Below, piece after piece: positions 24,236 through 39,269 of a DNA stretch of 64,000 nucleotides. Origin of the DNA: Octopus sinensis (lineage: Eukaryota). Numbering within the stretch: the stretch's first letter is position 1; every line of letters begins with the position of its first letter. The stretch lies in assembly GCF_006345805.1 (NCBI RefSeq), contig NC_043001.1, positions 129,642,001 through 129,706,000 on the forward strand. The letters are read 5' to 3'. Below the pieces are notes generated by a model that worked only from the letters and a program-made list of their open reading frames with translations, was not told the origin of the DNA and ran no database searches. The translations under genes were made by a program, and so were the position numbers.

Positions 24236-25446
24236 TTCTGCTAGCATGGCCTCAATAAAGCTGTAAAAATGCGTACACATACAGTACTTGGTTTACACCT
24301 GTGTAAACACTGTGTGTGTATATGGTGCAACACACATTTTTTTATCACTTTCATGCTTGACAAACCAGTTTGTACATGTAGAGTATATTACTGCTATCAT
24401 CCTCCTCATCATCATCATTAAATAATTTCATCATTAACAGCATCATCAAACTTCATTAAGTAAAGGAAACCTAAGGAATTGCTTTAGAGCTGCTTGCATC
24501 TGATACAACTCCACACCATTTCATCCCTTGTATTTCTAGCCATCCCCCACTTTCTTACCATTTCTTACCATTATTACCTCAACTTTTCTGTACTTACACT
24601 CTCTTGCCAGCTAACATTACTCTTCTATACAACTGGCAATCACTTTTTCTCTAAGTTAGGGTTATTAACAATTATCAAACACTCTTACCATTCTCTATTT
24701 GTATGATTATCTATACTCATTCCCTCTTTTGCTAATGAACATGTAACCACCATTACCATTTGCCATTGCTCTTTTTTCTCTCACATGATATCCTCCCATT
24801 ATTGTTTCTCTGCCATTACTCTTTCAAGGATTCTCTCTCCCTCTCTCTCTGTTTCTCCTTCCCATCCACAATCACTCCATTCACTCTGTTACCTCCACAC
24901 ATTCTCTATCATTTCTCCTTTTCACTTATGTTCATCTGAAATTGCTCTCCTTTCTACTCAAACAAATGAAAACAATAAAGACAGTTGAGGATGATTTTGT
25001 CTTACAAGAAACAAGGTAATCTCAGTATTGGTGTCATGATAAATATATTGCAGCCAGTTCACTCTGTGAAATGTTTGGCAAAGAAGCAGAAATAACATGT
25101 TTCAAAAACCCTACATATCTATATACTGAAGACAGGATAACCTCTTTGTGCTGATACTAGTGCCATAATAGAATTCCTCTACCACAGACTATAAAGACAA
25201 TCTTTCTTCTAACAGTGGTCATCAATTGCATAGGTATATAACCATCAAACCACTAATCTTTGGCAATGAGAGATGCTTCCATGCAGTTGCTCAACTTGCT
25301 AGAAAGTGTGGCCAAATTCATTCTCTCAAATTGCACCTTTACAATCTCACAGAAGAGAAAAGCATATCGAATAATGTAATCATATACTGGACCTTCTGTT
25401 AGCTCCCTTTGATTCAAGCTTTTCATCAAACTGTCATTCACAATAT

Positions 25447-25830
25447 GGAGGCGCAATGGCCAAGTGGTTAGGGCAGCGGACTTGCGGTCATAGGATCGCG
25501 GTTTCAATTCCCAGACCGGGCGTTGTGAGTGTTTATTGAGCGAAAACACCTAAAAGCTCAACGAGGCTCCGGCTGGGGATGGTGGTGATCCCTGCTGTAC
25601 TCTTTCACCACAACTTTCTCTCACTCTTACTTCCTGTTTCTGTTGTACCTGTATTTCAAGGGGCCGGCCTTGTCACTCTCTGTGTCACGCTGAATATCCC
25701 CGAGAACTACGTTAAGGGTGCACGTGTCTGTGGAGTGCTCAGCCACTTACACGTTAATTTCACGAGCAGGCTGTTCCGTTGATTCGGATCAACCGGAACC
25801 CTCGTCGTCGTAACCGACGGAGTGCTTCCA
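25447..25830 (+). mobile_element. SINE family C
   Basis: Matches 4386-4766; candidate TSD CACAATAT. Confidence 0.9.
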
Positions 25831-27990
25831 TCCCATTCCATTCATCCACAATATTCATCACTAACATATTCATAACACTACAGTTTTCAGACTTGCATGC
25901 TACCACAAATATGTATTGTGCCTAGTTTTTATCTCTCAGATTTCTCAGCATACTTGTACTCTACCACTCATGCATGCCACCATTCCACATCCAATAACTT
26001 ATGTACACTTCATTTTTGCCAGCTTTCACAAATGATCCATGCTGGATGCCTATATCTTATTAGCATGCAACTTTGCCCTTCATACACAAGTATCATACGG
26101 CTTGCCCTTCATTTAAAAAGAGAAACCCTTTATTAATAGTAATAGCTCTCTTAACTACTTTCACAGCATCCTTATTCTCCTTATTGTGCTTTTGTAATAT
26201 GCACCTCCATAAATCTTTAGGTCACCAAGGTAACAGGAGCTATCACCAACTAAGAAACTTTCTGGTTAGTTTAAAAAAATCCATTTCTTGGGTACCATTT
26301 TGCTAAGTATTTCTGTACATTATTCACGAAATCCTTCCATTACATATGAAATCTTTCTTCCCCATCAACCTACCTAATGATCCCACTGTAACTTTAATTA
26401 TAAATTTGAAACCAGTTTGAAGTTACAACTATCAGAAGAAATAACAACATATTAGAATGCATAAATAAATAAATTAATTTTAATGATGGAATTTCATTTG
26501 AAATTTTCCAAATGTCTACTGTCACTGACTGAAACACAAAAATTTTAAGTAACAAATATTTTTCTGTTTCATTTTGATCTTTTTTTTTTTATTTTTATTT
26601 TTTGGCCATCATTAAATGAAATGCAATTCCTTTGCTGTTTAGAACATTTTAATTTTTATATTTACATGATTGTAAACATGAAACAATTTATAATTTAATA
26701 TTTTTTTTTTTTCTTGTGACAAAATTTAAAATTTTTATATTGTATATTTATTCATTCGTTCATTTATTTATTTAAAATTTCCGCCACCACCCTTACAAAT
26801 TCTGACAAATTTTACTGTGTTCAGCTTGTAAAATATAAAATAACCATCAACACCGCAACTGTTTCTTGTCATTCACTTCAATATTTATTTTCTTATTTTT
26901 GTCTAATCTGGTACATTCTTTTATAAATTTTTCTTTTATCAACCAGATACTTTACCTTTCTCTTATCTTCCCAGCTTTTTCTGAAATAGATTTCATTGCC
27001 TGACAACCATAATAACTTCACTTTTGATCCAATTTCCAATGGCTTCACCATATTCTTCTCTGATAATTTAAATCATCATATTTTGCTCCTCTTGCTTTTT
27101 CATTTCCACATATTCTATCTCACTTTCTTTCTCCCTCCCTATGTGGATGTGTGTGTGTATTATATGCATATCATGCATACATATATAAACATATATCTAA
27201 GTATACTCTTTTACTTGTTTCAGTCATTTGACTGCGGCCATACTGGAGCACCACCCTTAGTCGAGCAAATCGAAAAAATCGAGCAAATCAACCCCAGGAC
27301 TTAACCTTTGTAAGTCTAGTACTTATTCTATCAGTCTCTTTTGCCAAACCGCTAAGTTACGAAGATGTAAACACACCAGCATCGGTTGTCAAGTGACATA
27401 CAAAGACACACATATATATACATGCATATATACGATGGGCTTCTTTCAGTTTCTGTCTACCAAATTCACTCACAAGGCTTTGGTCGGCCCGAGGCTATAG
27501 TAGAAGACACTTGCCCAAAGTACCACATAGTGGAACTGAACCCAGAACCATGTGGTTGGTAAGCAAGCTACTTACCATGCAGCCACTCCTGCACCTATGT
27601 ATGTATACTAGTTATGTAAATATATACTCTCTCTTCCTCTTTCTATGTATATTCATCATCATCATTTAACATCCATTTGCCAAGCTAGTATGGGTTCAAC
27701 AATTTGACTGAAAACTGGATAGCTGGGCAGCAGCACCAAGTTCCAAACTGATTTACAGCTGGATGCCCTTTCTAAAGCCATCCACTCCAAGTGTGTAGTG
27801 GGTGCTTTTCACATGTCACCTGCACAGATGCCAATTATAAAACACTGGCATTGGCCACAACTATGAACTCACCTGGCTTGACAAGTCTTCTTAAGCACAG
27901 CAAATTGTCTGTTCGAAGGATGCTCCTTATGTGCCACTGGCATGAGTGCCAGTTAAATGACACTGGCATCAGCCATGACTATATATATAC

Positions 27991-28027
<37 letters not shown>

Positions 28028-29930
28028 TGCAGGAGTGACTGTGTGGTAAGCATGGTTCTGGGTTCAGTCCCACTGTGTGGAACCTTGGACAAGTGTCTTC
28101 TACTATAGCCTCGGGCCGACCAAAGCCTTGTGAGTGGATTTGGTAGATGGAAACTGAGAAGTATATATGTATATATATATGTGTGTGTGTGTCTTTGTGT
28201 GTCTGTGTTTGCGCCCCCACCCCCGCCAACATCGCTTGACAACTGATGCTGGTGTGTTTATATCCCTGTAACTTAGCGGTTCGGCAAAAGAGACCGATAG
28301 AATAAGTACTAGGCTTACAAAGAATAAGTCCCAGGGTCGATTTGCTCGACTAAAGGCGGTACTCCAGCTTGGCCACCGTCAAATGACTGAAACAAATAAA
28401 AGAGTATGTACCTATGTATGCATATATATTGATCTCTGACAATTTATGATCTTGCAAACCTCCACCTAATAGTTTGGTTTACTAAATGTTTCTGATAAAC
28501 AGAAATCTGTAAAAGCATGCCAGAAAAGAATCATCCTCATCCTCAGTGTCCATCATCACCATTGCCATTAACAAGAACAACATAAATGAGTAAAGAAGGA
28601 AACGTCTAAGTTGAGCCTGCAACAAATAATGGTTAAAATTCTTTCCCTCAAATCACATCATCTTTACTATCTTGAAAAACAAGGCACATTAGATAATGTA
28701 GTCCTTGGTATACTAAGCCCTGAAAGAAAATAAGGGAATAATCATATGCAAAATGCCTATGATTATTGGGCAACTCGATCAAGCATGACCTATGACTAAA
28801 CCCCAGCAATACAAATGCCGCCACTGCCACCACCACCACTACCACTATCACCCCCACAATCACCTCTGTCATTATCAATATCATTACAGATCAACATTTC
28901 CGATGCTGTTGCTGAAATAGCATGACAATACCAACTTGAGGTGGTAGAATGAAATACATACTTTTATCTTAACACCTTTGTTACTTTTAATTTTGAATTT
29001 CTAACTCCACAGATTCAGGAAATTCATATAACTAATATAAAATGTGGGATGGATATGCATCCTCCAGCATAGCAAAATACCTGTGACAGTCCCTCTATCA
29101 TACTTCAACCCCTTACCTGGCACACCATTAGCTTGTCTTCACCCAATTTGTCTTTTTCAGAGTGCGACAAGTAAACTTGTCCAAAACATAATTTTAAAAA
29201 TAGCCACAGACGAGTTTATATGACAACTCTTGGCATTTCTCGGTTTTCATCTGTTTTTTTATTTTTTATTTTTTTACACCCAGATATTAAACTCAAAAGA
29301 TGACAAGAAGTATGAATATTCTATTAGACTATAGACACTTGGATATACCAGATGAAAATGCAAGCTCGTCTGACAAACAGATTCTTCTAAAAATGAAATG
29401 TTTTCCCAAAAAAGTCACCAGGGGTCGGGGGTTACCTCTTTTCCCATACCAACGTCACTCAGTTGTAGGATTAATTTTCTTTGTCTTGCAAGTTACCTGG
29501 TTACCTAACTACTGCTAGTGCTATTAAAAATTCCCCTAATTGACTTTGTAAAGTGGTTTGCATTAAGAAGAGCATCCAGCCACAGAAATCAGACCTAATG
29601 AACATTGGAGCTTGATGCAATCCTCAGGTTTTTTGAATCCTATCAAGCCATCCAAGTCATGCCAGCATGGATGTTGGATGTAAAATAAAAGCGATGACAT
29701 ATACACACATATGTATATGTGTGTGAAGGTACATGGCCTTGTGTTTAGGGTGTTGTGAGATTATGTTTACAATTCCATTGTGATTACATTACGCCAATTC
29801 ACTCAGCTGTAAATGGGTAACCCTGTGACGGACTGGTATCTCATTCAAGGGGAATGTTGGTGTGCCTTTCCAGCCAATGGGGTAACATAGTTTGAAAGCT
29901 AAAACAATAACAATGTAAAGTGCATTGTGG

Positions 29931-29964
<34 letters not shown>

Positions 29965-30180
29965 CCACAAGGGGCTAAACATAGAGGGGACAAACAAGGA
30001 CAGACAAAGGGATTCAGTCGATTACATCGACCCCAGTATGAAACAGGTACTTAATTTATCGACCCCGAAAGGATGAAAGGCAAAGTCGACCTCGGCGGAA
30101 TTTGAACTCAGAATGTAACGGCAGACGAAATACGGCTACACATTTCGCCCGGTGTGCTAACGTGTCTGCCAGCTCGCTGC

Positions 30181-30182
<2 letters not shown>
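29965..30182 (-). mobile_element. SINE family B
   Basis: Reverse complement of 524-754. Confidence 0.85.
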
Positions 30183-30231
<49 letters not shown>

Positions 30232-30617
30232 TATAATAGAGGAAGATGAATAGATAGCTGTTGATTCAATTCATGCTACATATGTTTCAAGAGCATGGTA
30301 ATGTATTTGCACATGGCGCATTACACATGATGAGGTGACAGGTTTTCCATTATTTATTATGCTCTATTACTTGCCATTCAGCAGAAATCATGGACCAAAA
30401 GGTTAAAATTTTTTATTAGGTGATATATGCAGCAACTGTCCTCATAGGAATTGGAGTTACAGAGTAGCAAGTCAGGATGATGAACTAGCAATATTCCTCA
30501 GAATTCCTCCCAGGCACCCTTTCAGTAAAATGCAAACTAGGGTTCTACTGAGTTGCTTATCATGATATTTAGTTTCCCACCAATTGATGAATACATATTT
30601 CATACCTATTTGCACGT

Positions 30618-30668
<51 letters not shown>

Positions 30669-31510
30669 CACACACACACACACACAGAGAAAAATGTCAT
30701 TGTAACAGTTATAATAAATTTCCAGAGTGTATGTAAAAGAAAACTTCAGAGAAAGTCCAAAAGAAAATAAAGTTTTAGAGAGATTAAACAGAGACAGTTT
30801 TAAAAAACATTGCAAAACAAAAATTTTATGTTTTATTAACATATGTGAAATACATTTAATTTTTCTGTATCTTTTTCAGATATCAACTTGTACAAAACTT
30901 ATCTGGAAAATGCCGACTTGGCTTGTTGTAACTGGGATAAATGGGTGTGAATATTCTAAAAAGATAAATGTAAGGATAACAGGCAGGAAACTGAAGAAAA
31001 ATATATAAAGGTGTAAACTGAATGGCAAAATAGCAAAAGAAAAGATATTCCAATGAGACAAAAAAAAAACAATACAAAATTACACACATACACACACAAA
31101 TGTATGCATGTATGTATTTAGAAATAATAATTAGTAATAGGGGTATAAAAGTGAATCTAAAAGGCTAGAGTATCAAGGAAAGCTTAAGGTTCAGAGAACA
31201 GAGGGAGGAGAAGGGATGTTACAAGAACTATAAAAAACATTATGCAAGGTTAAGTTACATCTCTAAACATATAACCTCCACTGAGAAAATAATTTATAAG
31301 AAAGAAAGCAAAATAGCTTTGCTAATAGGAACTCCAATGATTTCAAATATGAGTATTTCAGTTATTTAATCTAATGAAATACATCTACAAATTGTATTAG
31401 TTCTAAATATTATAACTGTATCAAGGAATTTCCAAAACACTCTAAACATATATATATATATATATATTTGTTGTGCAAGATTTTTTATGTGAAGTCGTGT
31501 GTTGAAACAG

Positions 31511-31844
31511 ATATTGTTATATTTCGGAATGGTCATTTTGCTAGTTTAGCCAATAAAAACACACACACTATATATTTGGTGTTATTTTGCTTCAGTGTTA
31601 TTTATTTTTTACATTAATCTTAATCTTATTTCGGCCAGAGTTCTAGTAAAGAGAGACACAAATAAGAAAGAAGAAAACAAAGGACCACTGATACGGTCAC
31701 AGGTGTGTGACGAAAGAACTCTGGCCGAAATAAGATTAAGATTAATGTAAAAAATAAATAACACTGAAGCAAAATAACACCAAATATATAGTGCGTGTGT
31801 TTTTATTGGCTAAACTGGCAAAATGACCATTCCGAAATATAACA

Positions 31845-31850
<6 letters not shown>
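31511..31850. repeat. Near-perfect fold-back inverted repeat
   Basis: Arms of ~133 bp (31511-31644 and 31717-31850) with a ~72 bp spacer. Confidence 0.9.
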
Positions 31851-31890
<40 letters not shown>

Positions 31891-31891
31891 T

Positions 31892-31924
<33 letters not shown>

Positions 31925-33477
31925 CATACAAACAGTAATATTTCCAATCTCCCTTGCAAACATATCTGGCATAAGGAAATATTACTTGCTCTGAAACAGT
32001 TGAGGCTACAGAAAACATATCCACCCTTAAAAGATTTACCTCAGGGAACTCTGTCCCAACCATGCAAACATAGACAAGTGGATGTTAAAATACCAATGAT
32101 GATGATGATGATGATGAAGGTGAGCAGGGATGCATGTGGATAAACATGCATAAAAAAAACATGAAGGTATATAAATACAAAAGAACACCCAAACATATAT
32201 AGGTATATGATAGTGTGTGTATAAACACACACACACATATATATATATAGATAATATACATATACACATATATATATAAATATTTTATTTTATTTTATTT
32301 TATTTTTTATATTTTATCTAGTTTCAGCTCACGAGCTGTGGCCATGCTGGGGCACCGCCATTACATATACACACATATATATATACATAATATATACATG
32401 TATGTATATACATATACATATATATACAGCAACACACACATACAAAAATACAGATACACACCCCACACATATATACATACATGTACATGCATACTCACAA
32501 ACATGTACATGCAAACATAGATATTTAATAATCTGCTAATTAATGGTAAGTGAAAGTCTACATTTAAGCTAGGGAAAATCATTTTGTATTTTAGAAGTTA
32601 TTTTGTCAGAAGTTACACTGATCATGATCAAATTTGTGTTTGATAAGTGCCAATACATGAAACTCTTAGCTTTTGACTTCTGCTGATGATAGATATATAT
32701 ATCTATGATAGATATATATATCTAACTTCTGCTGATGATAGATATATATATATACATATTACATATATGTGTAAAAAAAAAATCTCATCATGCAATCGAA
32801 CCAATGAAAAAGCCTCTACCTGGTCGCTCGAAACACTAAAAATAGCAGCCAAAGTATCCCCCTACCTAAATCACATGCTCATTGCATGTAATGTCCTAGA
32901 TTATCCCTAAAAAGACGGTTTGCTGAAGGCTGGAATGTCTTTGATGATAGGTTTGCAGTATCAGGGATGGTTTGAGGCTAAATAACAACAACATTATGGT
33001 AAATTTCTACATTAACACCAGCATGATTTTCACAGAAAAAGACCAAAAAATTTGATTTTTTGGGCGGAATCAAGTCCCCTGACCTCCTAATATGCAGCAA
33101 ATCCCGGAAACATAGGAAACTTTTTTTTTGTTGGATGAATTTTTGTGACCTCCTAATATTGCAAAATTAGGTTACTGAAAGTGAGCCTGGTAACTGATGG
33201 TTTTGGAGTCTTGTATGTAACTTTTGGTGAGCCATGGTGCAACCAACAACATGGTAAAAACCCCTGCCATTAATTTGTTATGGATGGGTAATATCAAATA
33301 ATTCAATCATGACATATATTTAAATTAAACATGAAAAAAACAATGAAATATTATCATCACTTACATAGAAAAATTGAAATATCATCTTTCAGTATTTTAT
33401 AAGGTAAAATCTTAAATTATTAATTGACACATTATTAATTATCTTATAACAGCAATGCCTGGAAAAATCATGGATTA

Positions 33478-33984
33478 CATGGAAAAATGTGAGCATGAAA
33501 AGTAATATTCTTAAGATTATAAATCTGGAAAAGAACAGGACAAGTTATTATACCTGTAAAAGTATAGGACAAGCTATTACTTCTAGTAAAGAATAAGAAA
33601 CTTTTTACTTAAAATTTTACTTAAAAGCTAAAATTAAAATTTGAATATTAAAACTTATCTTTTTATAGTTTACAAATAACACTATACTTATTTAAGTAGA
33701 ATATGGCTAATCTACTACCTTAAATACAGAAAAAGTGACTAATTAGACAAACTTACAAATGAGCTGAAAAGTTTTGTAAAATAAATTTTAAATGATGAGA
33801 ACTGTAATTAGTGATAAATTAGAAGAACCGGCATTCTTTGCTACAATATTTTAAATAAAAAGTTTCTGATTCTTTACTTTACTAATAGCTTGTCCTGTAC
33901 TTTTACAGGTGTTATAATTTGTCCTATACTTTTCCATGTTTATAATCTTAAGAAAATTGCTTTTCAGGCTCGCATTTTTCCATG
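33478..33984. mobile_element. Tc1/mariner-type MITE with long TIRs
   Basis: TA/CATGGAAAAATG ... CATTTTTCCATG/TA; inverted arms of ~135 bp with internal AAAAGTATAGGACAA-like subrepeats. Confidence 0.75.
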
Positions 33985-33989
33985 TAATA

Positions 33990-35060
33990 TATATTGGATC
34001 ATCCCATAAATAATGCATTTTCCGTGACGAAAAATATTCATCCAGTACTGTTCTGACCTTGTCTACAGAATTCATATTTTTTCCAACATTATGGTAAATT
34101 TCTATATTAACACCAGCATGATTTTCACTGAGAAAAAGACCAAAAAATTTGATTTTTTGCGTGGAATCAAGTCCCCTGACCTCCTAATATGCTGCAAATC
34201 CTGGAATCATAGGAAACATGTTGAAGACTGTGGAATAAATGATCATCATAAGGGCATGTGGTGTTTGGGGCATCGTTTCCCATTCAAACTGCTCCAGCCT
34301 TTGGAATGTCATCCTCACTGTATGTGGCTGAGCATTATCCTGATGGAAGAAAACCTTTTGTCTTGAAACGAAAGATGGTTGTTTTTCTTCTACCACTGAC
34401 TGAAGCTGCTCAAGCTGCTCATAGTAGATCTCCTTTATTGTCATTTGGTTTGGGTTTAAAAGTTCAAAGTGGACTAAACCATTCTTATCCCACTAAACAG
34501 ATAACAACACCTTATGTGGGTGAAGACCTTTAGCCTGGGATGCTGGTACATCTCCTTTCCCTACCCACTGTCTTTGGTGCTTGACATTTATATAGAGAAC
34601 CCATTTCCCATCACCGGTCATTATTTGGTCCAAAAATAGGTTCATTCATGAGATGTGACAGCAAAGAAGAGCACACACCCATGCCCTGCATGTGATTAGG
34701 CTTGGAAAGTCTGTGAGGAACCCACTGACTCAATTTGCTGACTTTTCCGATAGCACACAGGTGTCAATGAATGGTTGAATGACCAAATCCAAGCTTCTCT
34801 GCTAGCTTCTCAACAGTTACAGGGGGATTTTCTTCCACTAGGGTTCACAGGACGTCCTCATTGGGCTCCATAGATCTTTCTGGAGGAGGCTCATCTTCTA
34901 GGCTGCAGTTTTCAGCTTGGAATTTCTGGAACCACTATTGACTCTGGCTTATGATTATTCTTCGATTCCCATTTACAGCATTAATATTCCTTGCACTTTC
35001 CATTGTGTTGTTGCCTTTATTGAACTCCTTTATAGATACATTATATAACGGATCTCTCTA
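33990..35060 (-). pseudogene. Decayed mariner (D,D34D-type) transposase
   Basis: Broken translation retains WVPHRL, TGDGKWVLY, FHQDNAQPH, HLFHSLQH and NSVDKVRTVLDEYFSSR; has stops, frameshifts and a ~130 bp insertion. Confidence 0.9.
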
Positions 35061-36439
35061 TCACTATATTCATATGTAGGCACAAGAGTGGCTGTGTGGT
35101 AAGAAGCTTACTTCCCAACCACATTGTCCTGGGTTCAGTCCCACTGTGTGGCACTTTGGGCAAGTGTCTTCTACTATAGCCTCGGGCTGAACAAAACCTT
35201 GTGAGTGGATTTGGTAGATAGAAACCTGTGATGTGAGTGTGTATATATATATATATGTATGTGTGTGTATATATTTGTGCATCTGTGTTTGTCCCCCGCC
35301 ATCACTTAACAACTGATGTTGGTGTGTTTATGTCCCTGAAACTCAGCAGTTCAGCAAAAGAAACAGATAGAACAAGTACTGGGCATACAAAGAATAAATT
35401 TTGGGGTCGACTTGTTTGACTAAAGGTGATGCTCCAGCATGGGCACAGTCAAATGACTGAAACAAGTAAAAGAATAAAAGAATATATACATATATATATA
35501 TATTATATAAACTGCATATTATAAAATTTATGTAAGTGATAATTTTGCGTAAATCATTACAAATTATAAACCTTTAAAAATTCCATTAATTATAATTAAG
35601 GATAATGTAATATATATATACGAGGCATGATGTACAATATTAATTTATGATAGAATTTAAATACATTATATACAAATATACAAATATAACATTCTGTATG
35701 AAAGAACACACACAAACACATGCATGTATGTAGCATATATATATATATATATGACATCATTTCACATGAACTACACATACAGGCATACACACAAAAGCTT
35801 ATACATGTATCAAATATAGCGCTGACAATGTGTAACTGATTGACATATTAATGAGGTATATATTAATTACTATATATTAATTGATAATTAGAATAACTGG
35901 CGAAATCAAAAATTTATCCAATATATAAATAATGTAGAAAATATGCCTAATGTATATTGTAAGAGACAGGTTTTATTACAAACATACACAAACACATTCA
36001 CATGTTATATAAATAAATGGAGGTCTATTCCCACTTGTGTATTACATAGTTATATATATATATATATGACTTTCTCTTTAATTAAACAATTATTAACATA
36101 CATAATTGTAATTTAATCAGAAATATTCATTACACACATACACACTTACACATATGTATCTATTTATATAAATATCTGAATACTAACATAAGTATGTATA
36201 AATGTGTATATATATTTGAAAGTGTATGAGGATTACATAATACAGTTTTTGAAGTGTAGAGGTGATTTAAAAAAAAAAAAAAATTTTTTTTTTTTAAATG
36301 TAATAAAATCTGTTTATGAGGATGTTACTAACCTCTTTTAGGAAGAAATTGAGATGAAGGGGAAAGACAAGGTGAGATGGGAGTGGAAGGATACGAAAAG
36401 GTTTAAAGAATGAAGAGGAAGTGTTGGAATAAAAGGAAA

Positions 36440-36960
36440 AATGTTCATTTAAACCTGTCGGTGACATGTGCCAAGTTTGAATATGAAATGTGGTTCCATC
36501 TGTTTCTTTGAGAATGTAGATCCATGGTGATGGTGTACGTGCATGTGATGGTGCACACTAATAAATAATGGAATGATTTATAGTGATGAAGTAGCTGGTG
36601 ACAGACAGGCCAAGTATATGTGAAAGTGATCAGCAAGGTATTGTCCTGTTTCCCCAATGTAAAGGGCACCACAAGGTTTGTGCATGATGCAATATATAAG
36701 ATTAGAAGATGTGCAACAGAAGTTCTTAGTAATATAATGTACCTTATGACCCATGATAGTTGTAATATTGTTAATGAACAGGCAGGTGCTGCATCATCAG
36801 CAAACACATCTAAGGATGCCAGGTTGTGTGGGGCTAGCTGTTGTGGGGCTTCTCACTACAAGATTTCCAAGGTTCTTACCCTTTTTTTAAGGGCAAAGAG
36901 GGGTGGTTCAAGAAAGATAGGAGCACTTTTGGGGTCAGAAAGTAGAATACAAAAATTGCA
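36440..36960 (-). mobile_element. Penelope-like element relic (GIY-YIG endonuclease region)
   Basis: Frameshifted translation: ...NLGNLVVRS...CSTCLFI...FCCTSSNLI/CIMHKPCGALYIGETGQYLADHF...RKQMEPHFIFKLGT/SPTGLNEHF. Confidence 0.8.
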
Positions 36961-37315
36961 GATGTATTAATCTACCAATGGATGTAAGGCAAGGGAGAGT
37001 GGAATATGGTCTATAGACATGTGTAAAGGCAGTAGGGGATCATATGTTGATGTGTATTTGTATGTGTATGTTTTTGTATATGATAAAGTTCAGTATGACA
37101 ATGCTTGGTGCTACGTAAAAAGCACAGGTTCATTTGGTAAAATGATTGGCATTAGGAAAGGCATCCAGCCAAAGCAGACAAAAAAGTATGGCACAGTCTC
37201 TCCAGATTGCCAGCTCTTGTCAAATCGTTCAAACAATGCCAGCATGGAAAACAGACATTAAAGGAGGATGAGGATGAGGATGAGGATGAGGATGAGAATG
37301 AGGAGGATGAGGATG

Positions 37316-37348
<33 letters not shown>

Positions 37349-38140
37349 TGGTGTATGATCACCAATGGTAACTCTCTTTCCCAATTCTCTGTGAAAATGT
37401 TTCTGACGATGAGCTGAAAGCAAATATGGTTTTGCTACAGGATGGGCATTCAGCTGTAGAAATTCTGGCTCAATGATTTCCAACTCATCCATGCAAGCAT
37501 GTAAAAGTGGGCAAATGTATACACATTTATGTGTATATATTTATAGACAAACCACATGCAGAACAACAAAAAAGGTAGACCTTAATATCATTGAGAATAG
37601 TCGACTCAATGTATTGAGTGGCACAGGTATGGAACATTTATTTTCAACACTTTGAGTTTTGGTGTATTGAACAGTTTGCACAGAAACTCAGATTCCTGAT
37701 TGTAAGTGTTCCATATTTGTATCATTTAACAAGTACAGATATATATGTAACCACCTCTATTCCATGTTTACATCCATTATTGATCCTCCTCTCACACTCT
37801 TGCAATCATACCCATGCTTCTTAATTCAGCTGTCTCTGCAGCCTCATCTATTCACCTTCTACAACATGCATGCTGCCATTTCTGGCATTTTTTCACTGGC
37901 ACATTTACTAAATGCATTGGTGCTAGAGAGGGTTCCAAGCTGTAAAAAATCATGCCTAAACTGAGACATTGATGCAAAACCTCATTCTCCAACATATTAG
38001 ATCTTGTCAATTCTGCCAACTGATGCCAGTGTAGAAAGTAGGCATGAAATTGATAATGATGTATTTGTTTATATACTTATGCATACATAAATACAACAAT
38101 ACCATATTATGTGTGTATGTATGCTGATGTATGTATGTGA

Positions 38141-38172
<32 letters not shown>

Positions 38173-38460
38173 GCATGCATATATTCTCACACACACATAT
38201 ATATGCATATATATACACACACATATATATACATATATATACATGCACATTTATATATATATATATATATGAAAGAATGGTGGTTACATATATATATTCA
38301 TTCATTTATTTGTTTTTTAAAAAACACACCAATTTCCACACGATAGCACGTGATCTCTGCCCTAGGCATGTAGCTTCAACCGTGTTTTTCTGACATGAAT
38401 TTGCTACCCAGGTATCGGTTAACCAAATTATCCATAATAAGATAATTCATTCAACTACTC

Positions 38461-38495
<35 letters not shown>

Positions 38496-39269
38496 ATACT
38501 CACATTTATATTATGTGTGAGTGAGTATGCATGTAAAGAGAGCAATACTATTTTCTGCATATACACTCCCTGTTCATTAAATTGTTAAATTAACTATTGA
38601 GTGGATACTTAACAGTTGTTTTGCAGCTCTAGTCCTTCTAGTGTGATTATCTTGGGAATTTTCTCTCCTTTTCCTCTTCCCAGCCTTTCACTTGCCCACT
38701 AAGGTTTCTTCATTAACCTCCCAAACTATCGATCAGTCTCATGTTTTCTTGGTTAATCAATAGGTTGATAGATCAATCACAATGTGAGGAGATCTTGTTT
38801 CAAACTTGCGTCCCTGATGGGACGATTGTGGTGTGGTGCGTGAAATAGTTAAAAGGAAAACTAGAACTTTTATAGGATATGGCATTTCCACCATAAATAT
38901 GTTTCATATTTTTTTTTTCCATAATTGGAAACTGATAATGATAACCTATTTAACAATTTCTACTGGATTTAGTATATATATATATATTTATACATATATG
39001 TATTAAGAAAAATATAAATTTATTCCAATACACTGGTAGCTCCAGTATACATACATAGATACATCCAGACATATGAATGCAAGTACATAAGATACAAACA
39101 CACACACACATACACACTCACACACACACACACATACACACGCACATTTAGCGAGCTAAATATATGAATATGTAAATATTTATTCTGGGAAAATTTGGAT
39201 GAACAAAAGCAACAAAAAAAAACAATCAAAAGCCCTGTCACACAAGAAAGGACTCAATAAATTGTAAAG

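Noticed and set aside
28640-28720. Strong minus-strand acceptor followed by LSIPRTTLSN
   Set aside because: The sequence matches a dispersed decayed repeat also seen near 11435-11480
36445-36807. MFADD as a reverse transcriptase active site
   Set aside because: Wrong frame of the Penelope GIY-YIG relic; no other RT motifs nearby
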